Position numbers and translations under genes: made by a program. 64,000 bases of DNA from an uncultured bacterium (GTDB taxonomy: Bacteria > Chloroflexota > Anaerolineae > B4-G1), in assembly GCA_965612745.1 (NCBI GenBank), contig CBFDTD010000003.1, forward strand, positions 1,816 to 65,815, written 5' to 3'. A model generated the notes under the pieces. The model worked only from the letters and a program-made list of their open reading frames with translations. It did not search any database and was not told the origin of the DNA. Of the stretch, positions 1-9,330 are shown one piece after another (position 1 is the first letter of the stretch; the number at the start of each line of letters is the position of its first letter).

Positions 1-1872
1 GAAGACCCCGCTGTAGGCCGCAACAGCCGCCTGTACCGCGACCAACGCCCGTCTAGCACTCCAGCCGCTAACCGCTAACAATCGGTTGCTCGCTGCGCCC
101 CCCAGTGCCAGCCCGGCCATGAAAGCCGTCACGATCAGGCTGACCTCGGCGTAGACGTAACCGTGCAGCACCTGGAAGGCGAAGAGGATCACTACCTCCA
201 GCGTCATCTCCGCCAGGCCGATACCGGCAATGGCGAAGGGCACGGCCCACCCCCGCCGCCAGCGCACCAGGAGCGCGACCAACACCAGCAGCCCGACCAC
301 CCACCATAGGTTGACCAGGCTCGTGCTCTCGAAGGCCCCGCGCAGGTTGGGGTAGAAGAGCGAAAGCCACAGCACCAGGTCGTAGTAGTAACAGATGGGC
401 GTCAGATCACGGTTGAACCGTACTCCTGTCGTCGCCTCCAGTTCCTGCCGCACCTGCGCGAAACGGTCGGTGGTGAAGATATATTCGATGTAGCCCGGCG
501 TCACCCAGCGAGTCTCGATGCCGCGTTCGGTCAATCGTCCCGCCAGCACGGCGGGGTCGGTCTCCAGAGGTGCGTCGGAGGCCAGGAAGAAGTTGTGCTC
601 ACCGGGGAGCACTATCACTTCGGGAAAGACTCTATGCAGAGTGTGATAGACACTGGCGTTGCGCCGCGCCAGTTCGGGCGACCAGTAGTTCTCCGCCGAG
701 GGCAGCCCCAGCGCGAAGACGCCGCCGGGGTTGAGCACCGCGTGTACTTCCTCGAAGAACTCCTGGGTGTAGAAGCGGTTGAGCGCGCCGGTGGCCGGTT
801 CGGGCAGGTCGAGGATGACGACGTCGAAGGTGCGGCGGGCCGTTTTGACGTACAGCCGGCCGTCGCTCAGGATCAGCGTGACGCGGGGGTCGTTCAGAAC
901 GGCGGCATCCTCCGGGGGCAGGTGGGCCTGCGCTGCCTCGATCAGCAGCGGGTCGAGTTCGACGTAGGTCACGCCGGCCACGGGGTGTTTGAGGATCTCG
1001 CGCACGTCGCCGGCCACGCCCCCACCGACCAGGAGCACGCTTCGCGGGTCGGGGTGCATCAGCAGGGGAAAGTGGGCCACCTCTTCGGGAAAGGTCCCCT
1101 GAGTCTCGAAGGCCAGCATGCCATTCTCGTAAAAGACGCGCTGCCCATCACGGGCCTGGATAGTGATGCGACCGTAGGGGGAATCGGCGGCAAAGGCCAG
1201 GTCGGACCACTGCCAGCGGAGGGTAGCGGTGTGGAGGTGGTGACCCAAAGGAAGGGCAGCAAGGGCCAGGAGGAACAGGCAGATCAGGGAGCGTTTCAGG
1301 CTACAGGTTACAGGTTTCAGGAGTTGGAGGGCGACGGTCAGGTTGACCGCTGCCACCAGTAGCGCGGTCTGGAAAGGATCGAGCCAGCGGATGAGGAGGA
1401 AACTGAAGAGCGTGCCGCCGACGACGGCACCGGCGCTCTCCCAGACGTAGGCCCGGCCCGCAGTGGAGCCCTGCTCGACAGTCAGCCGTGCTCCCAGTGT
1501 GAACAGAAAGCCCCCCAGGAGGCACAGCGGGGCCAGAATGAGCACGACCGCCACGACCATCGGCCCGAACTCGACGAAGGCGCCCGGCGTGACCCCCAGC
1601 AGAGCCCGCACGTCGCGCACGAGCGCGATTTGCGTCGGGAACAGCGCCGCAGCGAGCGCCAGTCCGGCCGCGAAGGTTCGCGTTCCCCATTGCCGCCGCT
1701 CTGCCAGCCGGGCCAGTCCCCACGAACCTACCGCCACCCAGGCCAGCCAGGCGGCCAGCACGAGCCCGAAGAGCAGTTCGTTGCCGTAGAAGGTGGCGAC
1801 CAATTCGCGCATCAGCACAACCTGCGCGATGGTCGAGGTGAAGCCGACAGCGGCGAGAGCAACTCCCATCAT
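1..1872 (-). CDS. Spermidine synthase-like polyamine aminopropyltransferase fused to an N-terminal multi-TM domain; partial, 3' end runs off the window start
   Basis: Manual minus-strand translation in the frame ending at 1872 (ATG rc at 1870-1872) gives MMGVALAAVGFTSTIAQVVLMRELVATFYG..., a long hydrophobic region, then VLLVGGGVAGD (the GGGDGG-type AdoMet-binding motif of spermidine synthases) and a continuous protein-like sequence down to nt 1. Absent from the ORF track, presumably because it has no in-window stop. Confidence 0.6.
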   Translation of the reverse strand, partial: MMGVALAAVGFTSTIAQVVLMRELVATFYGNELLFGLVLAAWLAWVAVGSWGLARLAERRQWGTRTFAAGLALAAALFPTQIALVRDVRALLGVTPGAFVEFGPMVVAVVLILAPLCLLGGFLFTLGARLTVEQGSTAGRAYVWESAGAVVGGTLFSFLLIRWLDPFQTALLVAAVNLTVALQLLKPVTCSLKRSLICLFLLALAALPLGHHLHTATLRWQWSDLAFAADSPYGRITIQARDGQRVFYENGMLAFETQGTFPEEVAHFPLLMHPDPRSVLLVGGGVAGDVREILKHPVAGVTYVELDPLLIEAAQAHLPPEDAAVLNDPRVTLILSDGRLYVKTARRTFDVVILDLPEPATGALNRFYTQEFFEEVHAVLNPGGVFALGLPSAENYWSPELARRNASVYHTLHRVFPEVIVLPGEHNFFLASDAPLETDPAVLAGRLTERGIETRWVTPGYIEYIFTTDRFAQVRQELEATTGVRFNRDLTPICYYYDLVLWLSLFYPNLRGAFESTSLVNLWWVVGLLVLVALLVRWRRGWAVPFAIAGIGLAEMTLEVVILFAFQVLHGYVYAEVSLIVTAFMAGLALGGAASNRLLAVSGWSARRALVAVQAAVAAYSGVF

Positions 1873-1902
1873 TGCACTTCCGGGACTCCGGCGGGAACAG
1901 GG

Positions 1903-1931
1903 TTGGTCAATCGGGACAAACCGAGTATAAT
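1903..1931 (+). promoter_or_regulatory. Sigma70-like promoter TTGGTC-N17-TATAAT
   Basis: -35 TTGGTC at 1903-1908, 17-nt spacer, -10 TATAAT at 1926-1931. It would drive a roughly 580-nt leader or sRNA ahead of the GH57 gene. Confidence 0.3.
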
Positions 1932-2518
1932 GTCTGCAGGATGAACACTATCAGGGCCAGGTGCCGCGTGTCGTTAAGTCTACCAGAGGTGGCCCTATTT
2001 TTCAAGTCAGCCCGATCTGGCCGTCTCGCGACTCTTGCGCCTACGTCCTTTCCCTGTGGACATCCTCGCCAAGACGTCGCAGGTGACCCGCCGGGCGCTC
2101 GACCAGGGAGACTTTTTCATCCGTGAAATCCAGGGAATGTTTAGAGTGTCGTCTGGGCACTGGTCATCTCCAAAAAGTCGTTGCCGGTTTCTCGCACGTC
2201 CGCCCGGCGGTGAACCACCGGGCTCAGCCAGCAAAGCCCTGCGGGCTGATCTCAGCCCCGAAGGGGCTTCGCTTTTGAGCCGGAGGCTTGAGCGTAGTGG
2301 AGCCTCCGGCGGGCGAGCCCGTGCTATGGCGGAAGCGACTTTTTCGACGCAGTTCGGACCCCTAAACGTTCCCTGAAATCCTCACTCACGGGCTGCTTCT
2401 CTATGAGCAAGACCACTGATCCCCTGGCGTGGGCAACGCGGGCTGAAGGAACCCGACATGCAATGGAGACGACAAGGGCCATGCGCCGCTTTGCTCGCAA
2501 GTTTCTTGGACTCCGCTG

Positions 2519-3901
2519 ATGTCCACCTGTCACCTCTGCATTCATAGCCACTTCTACCAGCCTCCCCGGGCGGACCCTTTCACCGGGCGCATTCCACGGG
2601 AGCCGGACGCTGCGCCCTACGCCAACTGGAACGAGCGTATCACCGCCGAGTGCTACGCGCCGCTGGCGGAAGCGGGCCACTTCGGGCGCATCAGTTTCAA
2701 CCTGGGCGGCACGCTGGCCCGCTGGCTGGACGGGTACGCCCACACCACCTACGAGCGCATCGTCGCCGCCGAGCGGGCCTACTGGGAGACCTACGGTGTC
2801 AGCAATGGGCTGGCTCAGCCGGTCCATCACACCATTCTACCGCTGGCCCGCCGGCGCGATAAAATCTGCCAGATCCGCTGGGGCATCGCCAGTTTCACCC
2901 ACCGCTTCGGCCACCGGCCGGAGGGGATGTGGCTCCCGGAGATGGCGGTGGACTACGAGACGCTGGAGATTATGGCGGCGGAGGGGATGCGCTTCACCAT
3001 CCTCTCCGACGAGCAGGTGCGCGGCGACCTCGACGCGGGCGCGGGGCCGTATTGGGTGCGCCTGCCAAATGGTGATCGTATCGCCCTCTTCGTACGCGAC
3101 CGGAACCTATCCAACGCCCTTGCCTTCGGCATGCCGGATTCGGCATACGTAGACGAATGGCTGCGGGAGCAGGTGGAGTGGCGATGCCGTCGAGGAGGGC
3201 TATTGCTCATCGCCACCGATGGGGAGACCTTCGGCCATCACCATCGCCAGGGAGTGGCGGTTCTGAGCCACATTTTGAAGGCGGGGAGGAGTCAGGGCTA
3301 CGATCTGACCACGCTGGGGCTCTATCTGCGCCAGAACCCGCCCCGGACAGAGGTCGAGATCGTCGAGAACACCGCCTGGAGTTGCTTCCACCGGCTAGAT
3401 CGCTGGGTCGTCGGCTGCGGTTGCACCCCCGGCGACAGCCGCTGGAAGGGGGCGCTGCGGCGGGCGCTGGATAATCTGGCCTGTGACCTGGACGGGGTCT
3501 ATGTGCTGGAGGCCCAGCGGTTGGGGCTGGCTCCCTGGCCGCTGCGAGATGGTTACATTGCCGTGGTGCTGGGGCAGGTGGACGGGTTAGATTTCCTGAC
3601 CGGAAATGGCCTGAGCCACCTCAGCAGCGAGGAAGCCCAGCGGTTGCTATGGCTGCTGGAGGCTCAGTTCCATCGCCAGCGGATGTACATCAGTTGCACC
3701 TTCTTCTTCGACGATTTGGACCGGCACGAGCCCCGCTACGCCATCGCCAACGCCGCTCGTGCCCTGGCTCTCACCCGCTACGCTACAGGGGACGACCTCT
3801 CACACGCTTTCCGCCGTGACCTACGGATGGCTGTCAGTGGGAGGACAGGCCGCACCGCAGCCGACATCCTCGATGAAATCCTCACAGAAGCGGAGGTATG
3901 A
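2519..3901 (+). CDS. Glycoside hydrolase family 57 protein (alpha-glucan branching enzyme or 4-alpha-glucanotransferase type)
   Basis: N-terminal CIHSHFYQPPR (the GH57 HxHQP block), W-x-E-x-x-x-E-CY, and GMWLPEMAVD (WLPE catalytic-nucleophile motif of GH57). 460 aa. Confidence 0.75.
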   Translation: MSTCHLCIHSHFYQPPRADPFTGRIPREPDAAPYANWNERITAECYAPLAEAGHFGRISFNLGGTLARWLDGYAHTTYERIVAAERAYWETYGVSNGLAQPVHHTILPLARRRDKICQIRWGIASFTHRFGHRPEGMWLPEMAVDYETLEIMAAEGMRFTILSDEQVRGDLDAGAGPYWVRLPNGDRIALFVRDRNLSNALAFGMPDSAYVDEWLREQVEWRCRRGGLLLIATDGETFGHHHRQGVAVLSHILKAGRSQGYDLTTLGLYLRQNPPRTEVEIVENTAWSCFHRLDRWVVGCGCTPGDSRWKGALRRALDNLACDLDGVYVLEAQRLGLAPWPLRDGYIAVVLGQVDGLDFLTGNGLSHLSSEEAQRLLWLLEAQFHRQRMYISCTFFFDDLDRHEPRYAIANAARALALTRYATGDDLSHAFRRDLRMAVSGRTGRTAADILDEILTEAEV

Positions 3902-3921
3902 GAATGAGTTTCCGAACACTC

Positions 3922-4722
3922 TCAGTAGTGAATATTGACCGGCGTGCCCACCGAGGCCCAATTGTAGAGCCACTGAGCCTCGGATGTGGGCAGGTTGACG
4001 CAGCCGTGGCTCATCGGATGGCCGAAGTTCGAGTGCCAGTAGGTGCCGTGGAGGCTGTAGCCCCGGTAGAAGTACATCGTGTAGGGCACGTCGGGCAGGT
4101 AATAGCCGGGGCCGGACATATCGTCGGAGATGTATTTGACGTAGATGCGGTATTGGCCTGTGGGAGTCGGCGTGCCTGGCAGGCCGGTCGAGACGAGCGT
4201 GCTGCGCACGGGCGTGTTGCCTTCATAGGCGATGAGCCGCTGTGCGCTGAGGTCAACGTCAATCCAGCGACCGCCGGTCGGGGCGGAGGGCGGGGGAGAT
4301 GGAGCGGGACTTGCGCTGCTAGGGATGTGCAGCACCTGCCCGACGCAGATGAACGAGGGGTTGCGGATACCGTTCGCCTGCGCCAGCGCCCACATCGAGA
4401 CGCCGTACCGCAGGGCGATGGACGAGAGTGTGTCGCCGCGCTGCACGGTGTAGGTCTGGCCCGATGAGGCAGGTTGGGCTGACGTCGCAGGCGCGGTCGC
4501 ACGGCCTGGGAGCACCAGCCGCTGCCCGGCGTAGACGCGGCCGGTGTTGACGATGCCGTTGGCGGCTGCCAGTGCCTGGACGGTCGTGCCGTAGCGCAGC
4601 GCGATGCGGAACAGATTCTCCCCCCGCTGCACGACGTGGATGATAGGCCCCTGGGCGAGAACCGGCGCGGCCAACGCCAATGTCAGCGCGAGCATTGTAG
4701 TGAGTAGCAATACTTTGCGCAT
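3922..4722 (-). CDS. LysM-LysM-L,D-transpeptidase (YkuD domain) secreted protein
   Basis: Signal peptide [24 protein letters not shown], two LysM-like repeats ([18 protein letters not shown]...), and C-terminal [20 protein letters not shown] (Ldt His/Cys catalytic motif). Start moved to M17 (RBS GGAGGAG). Confidence 0.8.
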   Translation of the reverse strand: MRKVLLLTTMLALTLALAAPVLAQGPIIHVVQRGENLFRIALRYGTTVQALAAANGIVNTGRVYAGQRLVLPGRATAPATSAQPASSGQTYTVQRGDTLSSIALRYGVSMWALAQANGIRNPSFICVGQVLHIPSSASPAPSPPPSAPTGGRWIDVDLSAQRLIAYEGNTPVRSTLVSTGLPGTPTPTGQYRIYVKYISDDMSGPGYYLPDVPYTMYFYRGYSLHGTYWHSNFGHPMSHGCVNLPTSEAQWLYNWASVGTPVNIHY

Positions 4723-4819
4723 CGTCTCCTCCCCTCTCCCGCCCACTACAGGCCCCTGCCCATCCTCCAACGCTCACAAGCCGGCGTCGTAAGCGACACC
4801 GTCGGCGATCCATATTAAC

Positions 4820-4848
4820 ATTATACAGTATCCGCAGAAAAATTGCCA
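4820..4848 (-). promoter_or_regulatory. Candidate sigma70 promoter for the Ldt gene (TTGGCA-N17-TGnTATAAT on minus strand)
   Basis: rc of 4843-4848 is TTGGCA, 17-nt spacer, rc of 4820-4825 is TATAAT preceded by TG. Confidence 0.3.
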
Positions 4849-4884
4849 ACCGGAGCGTTCCCGCCACTCGAATCCGCGTAGAGC

Positions 4885-4918
4885 CCAAAAAGTAAAGGCA
4901 GGGTTGTGTAACCCTGCC
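4885..4918 (-). terminator. Rho-independent terminator downstream of hsp20
   Basis: Hairpin GGCAGGGTT-GTGT-AACCCTGCC at 4897-4918, followed on the minus strand by a T-rich tract (plus-strand AAAAAGTAAA). Confidence 0.45.
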
Positions 4919-4939
4919 TCTACCTGCTTAAGTGCCTTG

Positions 4940-5386
4940 TTATTTGCCTTTGACTTTGATGACCTTTGGCTTTGTCTCCTCGGACTTAGGCAGAGTGAGC
5001 GTCAGCACGCCGTTCTCGAAGACCGCCTCGGCCTTATCTGCATCCACAGGCACGTTGAGCGTCAGCGTGCGCGAGAAGGCACCATAAGGCCGTTCCTGGA
5101 ACAGGTACTCGACGTTCTCCAGCGGCGGCCGCAACTCCCCCCGGATGCTCAGAGTGTCACCTTCAATGGTAATATCCACCTCATCAGGGGTCAGCCCTGG
5201 CAACGATGCGGTGATGACAATCTCCTCCGGGGTCGTGTACACGTCTAGTGGGAGCCGGAACGGACGCTCCCGTGTGCCCTCTCCCCAATTTCGTGTCGGG
5301 CGCACGAAACTTTCCTCAAAGAGCCGATCCATTGCCTCGCGCAAGGTCATCATCTCGCGCCATGGATCCCAACGTGTCATAGTCAT
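4940..5386 (-). CDS. Hsp20/alpha-crystallin family small heat-shock protein
   Basis: 148 aa. Alpha-crystallin domain pattern (LPLDVYTTPEEIVITASLPG...AVFENGVLTLTLPK). RBS GGGAGGTGAT. Confidence 0.85.
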   Translation of the reverse strand: MTMTRWDPWREMMTLREAMDRLFEESFVRPTRNWGEGTRERPFRLPLDVYTTPEEIVITASLPGLTPDEVDITIEGDTLSIRGELRPPLENVEYLFQERPYGAFSRTLTLNVPVDADKAEAVFENGVLTLTLPKSEETKPKVIKVKGK

Positions 5387-5452
5387 CTCATCACCTCCCT
5401 GCTTTCATAGGGACTTGTGGGGGGAGATTCAATCTCCCCCCATATTTGCTGA

Positions 5453-5908
5453 TTACTTGCCCTTGGCCTTGACCTTGATCGTCTTGGGCCTGACCTCTTC
5501 GGCCTTGGGCAGGGTCAAGGTCAGAATACCGTTCTCGAACTCGGCCTCTGCGTCGTCGGCCACGACCGGGACCGGCAGAGTTAGCGAACGGCAGAAGGAG
5601 CCATAGCGACGCTCACGGCGAATGTAATTCTCCTCTTTGACCTCTTCCTCAGCCTTGGTCTCGCCCTTAATGGTCAGGGTGTCGCCAGCGATGCTGACAT
5701 CCACATCCTCGGGCTTGACGCCGGGAATGGCCGTCTTGACAACGATGGCGTCATCGGTCTCATACATGTCTACGGCCAACGTTTCCGCCCCTAACGGGGC
5801 CAGCCACCCGGTTCGCGGCCTCACAAAACTTTCCTCAAAGAGTCTGTCCATCGCCTCCCGCAGGCTGATCAGGTCACGGAAGGGCTCCCAACGCACCAGA
5901 CTTGTCAT
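5453..5908 (-). CDS. Hsp20/alpha-crystallin family small heat-shock protein (tandem paralogue)
   Basis: 151 aa, similar to the downstream copy (LAVDMYETDDAIVVKTAIPG...AEFENGILTLTLPK). Confidence 0.85.
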   Translation of the reverse strand: MTSLVRWEPFRDLISLREAMDRLFEESFVRPRTGWLAPLGAETLAVDMYETDDAIVVKTAIPGVKPEDVDVSIAGDTLTIKGETKAEEEVKEENYIRRERRYGSFCRSLTLPVPVVADDAEAEFENGILTLTLPKAEEVRPKTIKVKAKGK

Positions 5909-6083
5909 CTCTGCACCTCCTTACTTACCAGGTTTGATGGTAGAATCTCATACCGTTAACAAGCGTCCTTATTCTTAGCATCATTCCATTAGATCGGCAT
6001 AAGAGCCGTATTAGAAATATACTAGAAATAGAAATGCCCCCGCAATGTGGGCAGGGGCAAGGCCCAAATGAACAATAAGGTAC

Positions 6084-6131
6084 GGAGGCCCGGCTTCAGC
6101 CGGGAAATCCCCGCTGAAGCGGGGCCTCCGG
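6084..6131. repeat. Core-only copy of the MITE-A hairpin module (GGAGGCCCGGCTTCAGCCGG-AAATCCCCGCTGAAGCGGGGCCTCCGG)
   Basis: Sequence identity to the internal hairpin pair of the 99-bp element. Lacks the GGCTAAAAT ends. Confidence 0.6.
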
Positions 6132-6167
6132 ATGGGGTCTCCGGATGTCTCTGGATGGTTTTTTCCT

Positions 6168-6938
6168 TCATGCCCCGGCGGGCAGTGATGGGAGAGACCC
6201 GCTTGAATTTTCAGACACGCTCTCGGAGGATTGCTCTTTGCGGAAATCTATGAAGCGGTATCCCACCCCGCGCTCGGTGAGGATGTAGCGAGGGTGGGAT
6301 GGATCGGGTTCGATCTTCTGCCGCAGGTAGGTGATGTATAGACGTAGGTAGTGGATTTCCTCACGATATTCGTAGCCCCAGACCTTGGCCAGCAACGTCT
6401 CGTAGGGCACCACCCAGCCAGCGTTTTCGATCAGGTGATAGAGCAGGCGGAATTCAGTGGGGCGCAACTTGATGCGCTTCCCTTCGACGATGACGTGTTG
6501 GCTGTTGAAATCCACACTTAACCGGTCATCAATGCGAAGGATGGCCTTTTCGGGCATCACCGGCCCCCGAGTGCGGCGCAGCACTGCTCTGACGCGGCTG
6601 ACGAGTTCGCGTGCACCAAAGGGCTTGGTCACGTAATCGTCAGCCCCTAGTTCCAGCCCACGTACCTTGTCCTCCTCGTCGGCCCGAACGGTCAGCATAA
6701 TCACCGGGACATTGGAGATCTCGCGCAGCATCTCCAACGTCTCGAAGCCATCCAGTTCGGGCATCATCACATCGAGGATGACCAGGTCGGGTAGGTGCGT
6801 GCGCACCTTATCAAGCGCCTCCAGACCGTTGTGGGCCTCTATCACCCGGTAGCCTTCCAGTTCCAGGTTCATACGGATGAAGCGCGTCATGCGGGCCTCG
6901 TCATCCACGACGAGGATAAGTTCACGTTGATTAGACAT
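6168..6938 (-). CDS. OmpR-family two-component response regulator (receiver plus winged-helix)
   Basis: LVVDDE...[14 protein letters not shown]...VIMLT receiver motifs. C-terminal trans_reg_C ([25 protein letters not shown]). Start taken at MSNQREL (RBS GGGTGG). Confidence 0.85.
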   Translation of the reverse strand: MSNQRELILVVDDEARMTRFIRMNLELEGYRVIEAHNGLEALDKVRTHLPDLVILDVMMPELDGFETLEMLREISNVPVIMLTVRADEEDKVRGLELGADDYVTKPFGARELVSRVRAVLRRTRGPVMPEKAILRIDDRLSVDFNSQHVIVEGKRIKLRPTEFRLLYHLIENAGWVVPYETLLAKVWGYEYREEIHYLRLYITYLRQKIEPDPSHPRYILTERGVGYRFIDFRKEQSSESVSENSSGSLPSLPAGA

Positions 6939-6959
6939 ATTTAGCCACCCTGGCACACG

Positions 6960-7202
6960 CTACTCGCGGATGAAACTGACGATCTTCTCCTCTTCCTCGC
7001 TGGGCAGGATCTCCACGCAGTGGATGCGTGTCCAGGGGAAGATCACCTTGCTGCTTTCGGGGAGAATGTAGGAGACATCGCGGCCATCACGGCGCCTGAC
7101 GTTGGTTACGACCAGCACCTGGTCGGTGGGTTCGGGAATGCGCTCTGTCTCGGCCACAATGGCATCCTCGTTTAATAAATGAATCATCACAGTATAAGGC
7201 AT
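6960..7202 (-). CDS. Hypothetical 80-aa protein in the STK-PP2C-vWA-FHA operon
   Basis: Strong RBS AGGAGGG 6 nt upstream of ATG. 4-nt gap to the response regulator gene. No family recognised. Confidence 0.5.
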   Translation of the reverse strand: MPYTVMIHLLNEDAIVAETERIPEPTDQVLVVTNVRRRDGRDVSYILPESSKVIFPWTRIHCVEILPSEEEEKIVSFIRE

Positions 7203-7230
7203 ACGCTACCCTCCTGGGTCTATCCGTGGT

Positions 7231-7743
7231 TCATTGCCGGATGGTGATTTCCAGTTTGATGTGGCCCAACTGAAGTTCATCCCCATCCTTGAGCACATGA
7301 GGCAAATAGGGAGTTAAACGCTTTCCATTCAGAAAGGTGCCGTTGGCACTACCGACGTCCTCAACCAGGTAAGTCGGGCTGCGCTGGTGAATCTTACAAT
7401 GGCGGCGCGAGACCCCACCTTCGAGTCCTCCATCAGGGGTGAGGTCCAGATCGGGAAAGATGCCGTGTGCTATATCGAGACGCCCGATATGCACTTCGGC
7501 TTTGGAGGGTAGTTGGACCTGGCGGCCCGTGGGCAGAACCTTGATGTGTAATGGGACGAGGAGGGCCTCGTCAGTCTCCTTAACGGGCTCGCCGACCGCG
7601 CACTTCGTTTGCGAAGTGGTCAGTTCGTCTTCGGTAAGTAGGTCAGTCCGCAGAGGGCCGCCGGTGGGCAGGTATAATCCGCATTCGCTGCAGAACAATG
7701 TGCCAGGACGATGTTTATGCCCGCAATACGGACATTCAATCAT
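7231..7743 (-). CDS. Zinc-ribbon plus FHA-domain protein
   Basis: N-terminal CPYCGHKHRPGTLFCSECG zinc ribbon. C-terminal FHA (HIGRLDIAHGIFPDLDL...VSRRHCKIHQ...YLVEDVGSANGTFLNGKRL). Confidence 0.8.
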   Translation of the reverse strand: MIECPYCGHKHRPGTLFCSECGLYLPTGGPLRTDLLTEDELTTSQTKCAVGEPVKETDEALLVPLHIKVLPTGRQVQLPSKAEVHIGRLDIAHGIFPDLDLTPDGGLEGGVSRRHCKIHQRSPTYLVEDVGSANGTFLNGKRLTPYLPHVLKDGDELQLGHIKLEITIRQ

Positions 7744-9220
7744 GGGGCCTTCTCCTTGGAGTAATGGTCAGGCTGCGTGTGCCATACTTGAGTTCTTTGT
7801 GTCCTCTGGCCGTTGGAGTTCCCTCTTTGGCAATACGTCCTGCCTCCAATAGCGCCGCCCGAGCCAATTGGCTCTCCCCCAGATCAAACAAGCGTGTGGC
7901 CATCATCTCCAGACGACGGGTTGCCGTGCTGATGTCTCCCCTCTTCAATGCGTCCCAGGCTCCTTCTTGCATACGGTAGAGGGTGACCCTGTTCAATGCA
8001 TTTAGAATGGCTGTCGGCACCGGTTCAGGCGGTGGCTCAGTGGGTATGAAAGTACAGCGCACGTCGCGCCGGAGTTTATCCCCTTGGCGATCCAGTGCTG
8101 GTATATTGCCCGTGAGTTCGAGTTGCAACAGCCGGTGCTCTCCGGCCGGCCTCTGGGCTACACCAAGTTCCAACACGATGGTCAATGGCGCATTGGCCTG
8201 CAATGTGCCCAGGTTGATCACGCTATCCGTTGGGGTGAGGCGTTCCAGATAGGGCGAGATGCGAAATGCACTCTCCATCCATACACCCTCGGCAAAGCGG
8301 GGCTCCAGCGTTAACCCCTGGGCGAAGACCGTCCCTAGGCCGCGTATCCGCTGTTGTAACAGTGCGCGCACCTGACTAGGCGACGCGATGTAAGCGGAGA
8401 CCCCCCCGCTCTGGGCTGCAATCTCATCGAGCAGGGCGTCGTTCCAGTCCTCGCCTATGCCCATAGCCGTGATGCCAATGCGGCGAGCCCCAGCCTGCCG
8501 GGCCTCGGCTATGCAACCTTCCTCGTCGCCGTAGGTCTGACCATCAGTTAGGAGGATCAGATGAGTGGTGACCCGGTCGCCGTGATGCTTTTCGAGTTCT
8601 GCCAGCCCGGCCCGTATACCTTGCAAAATCTCGGTGCCACCACCGGCCTGGATGGTGGAGATTTTGGCCTTAGCACGGGTGCGGTTGACGTTTGACTGGC
8701 TGGGCAGCACAACCTCGGCCCGATCGCTGAAAGTGACTACTGCCAGAGCGTCATCGTCGTGCAATTCGTCAACGATCTGGTGGGCCGCTCTCTTGACGTG
8801 TTCCAACCGTGCTCCCCGCATCGAGGTGCTACGGTCAATCACCAGGCATAAGTTAAGCGGGAGGCGTTCGGCCTGCGCGGTTGAGGCCGGTCGTATCTCT
8901 ATCAGGAGATAGACCGTCTGCTCCTCGTAGAGAGAACTGAGTTGACTCTGGCTCAGCAGAATCTCCCAGGCAAGGGCCGCCTCCTCGCTTAATCCCAACT
9001 CGGCCCGCTGTCGGTCGTAAGCGCGGCGGCGATGTGGATCGCTCAGGACGGCGTAGGCAATCTGGAGTTCGTGGAACAGCGTTGTAGAGACATCCTCCGT
9101 CCGGCTGTCGGGATGGTAGCGGCGTGCCAGCGCACGATAGGCGCGCTTAATCTCCTCGTCCGTCGCGGATGGAGACACGCCCAGGATGGCGTAGTAGTCC
9201 TTTTCGATGTCTATGCTCAT
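7736..9220 (-). CDS. DnaJ (J-domain) - von Willebrand factor A (TerY-like) fusion protein
   Basis: N-terminal DYYAILGVSPSATDEEIKRAYRALARRYHPD J-domain. Central vWA (LNLCLVIDRSTSMRGARLEHVKRAAHQIVDEL...AVVTFSD; MIDAS D-x-S-x-S). Confidence 0.8.
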   Translation of the reverse strand: MSIDIEKDYYAILGVSPSATDEEIKRAYRALARRYHPDSRTEDVSTTLFHELQIAYAVLSDPHRRRAYDRQRAELGLSEEAALAWEILLSQSQLSSLYEEQTVYLLIEIRPASTAQAERLPLNLCLVIDRSTSMRGARLEHVKRAAHQIVDELHDDDALAVVTFSDRAEVVLPSQSNVNRTRAKAKISTIQAGGGTEILQGIRAGLAELEKHHGDRVTTHLILLTDGQTYGDEEGCIAEARQAGARRIGITAMGIGEDWNDALLDEIAAQSGGVSAYIASPSQVRALLQQRIRGLGTVFAQGLTLEPRFAEGVWMESAFRISPYLERLTPTDSVINLGTLQANAPLTIVLELGVAQRPAGEHRLLQLELTGNIPALDRQGDKLRRDVRCTFIPTEPPPEPVPTAILNALNRVTLYRMQEGAWDALKRGDISTATRRLEMMATRLFDLGESQLARAALLEAGRIAKEGTPTARGHKELKYGTRSLTITPRRRPHD

Positions 9221-9257
9221 ATTCCAACTTGTTCGTAGTGATGACTTCAGCGACTGA

Positions 9258-9321
9258 GATCGCTAAATACTGCGGAAGCCCCGCTTTAGCGGAAACTCCC
9301 CGGCTGAAGCCGGGCCTCCGG
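9258..9321. repeat. MITE-A-derived fragment (hairpin core plus degenerate GCTAAATAC end) in the PP2C / vWA intergenic spacer
   Basis: GGAAGCCCCGCTTTAGCGGAAACTCCCCGGCTGAAGCCGGGCCTCCGG matches the MITE-A core in inverted order. Confidence 0.5.
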
Positions 9322-9330
9322 ACGATTTTT

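Noticed and set aside
1301-1723. ORF-track entries such as 1301-1723(-), 595-1362(+), 14135-14692(-), 15967-16566(+), 18978-19994(+), 33507-34256(-) and 55098-55634(-)
   Set aside because: They are Arg/Gly/Pro-rich translations typical of off-frame or antisense reading of high-GC DNA, and they overlap well-supported genes on the other strand or frame.
5909-6080. CIRCE/HAIR heat-shock operator upstream of hsp20
   Set aside because: No TTAGCACTC-N9-GAGTGCTAA or similar inverted repeat found by eye.
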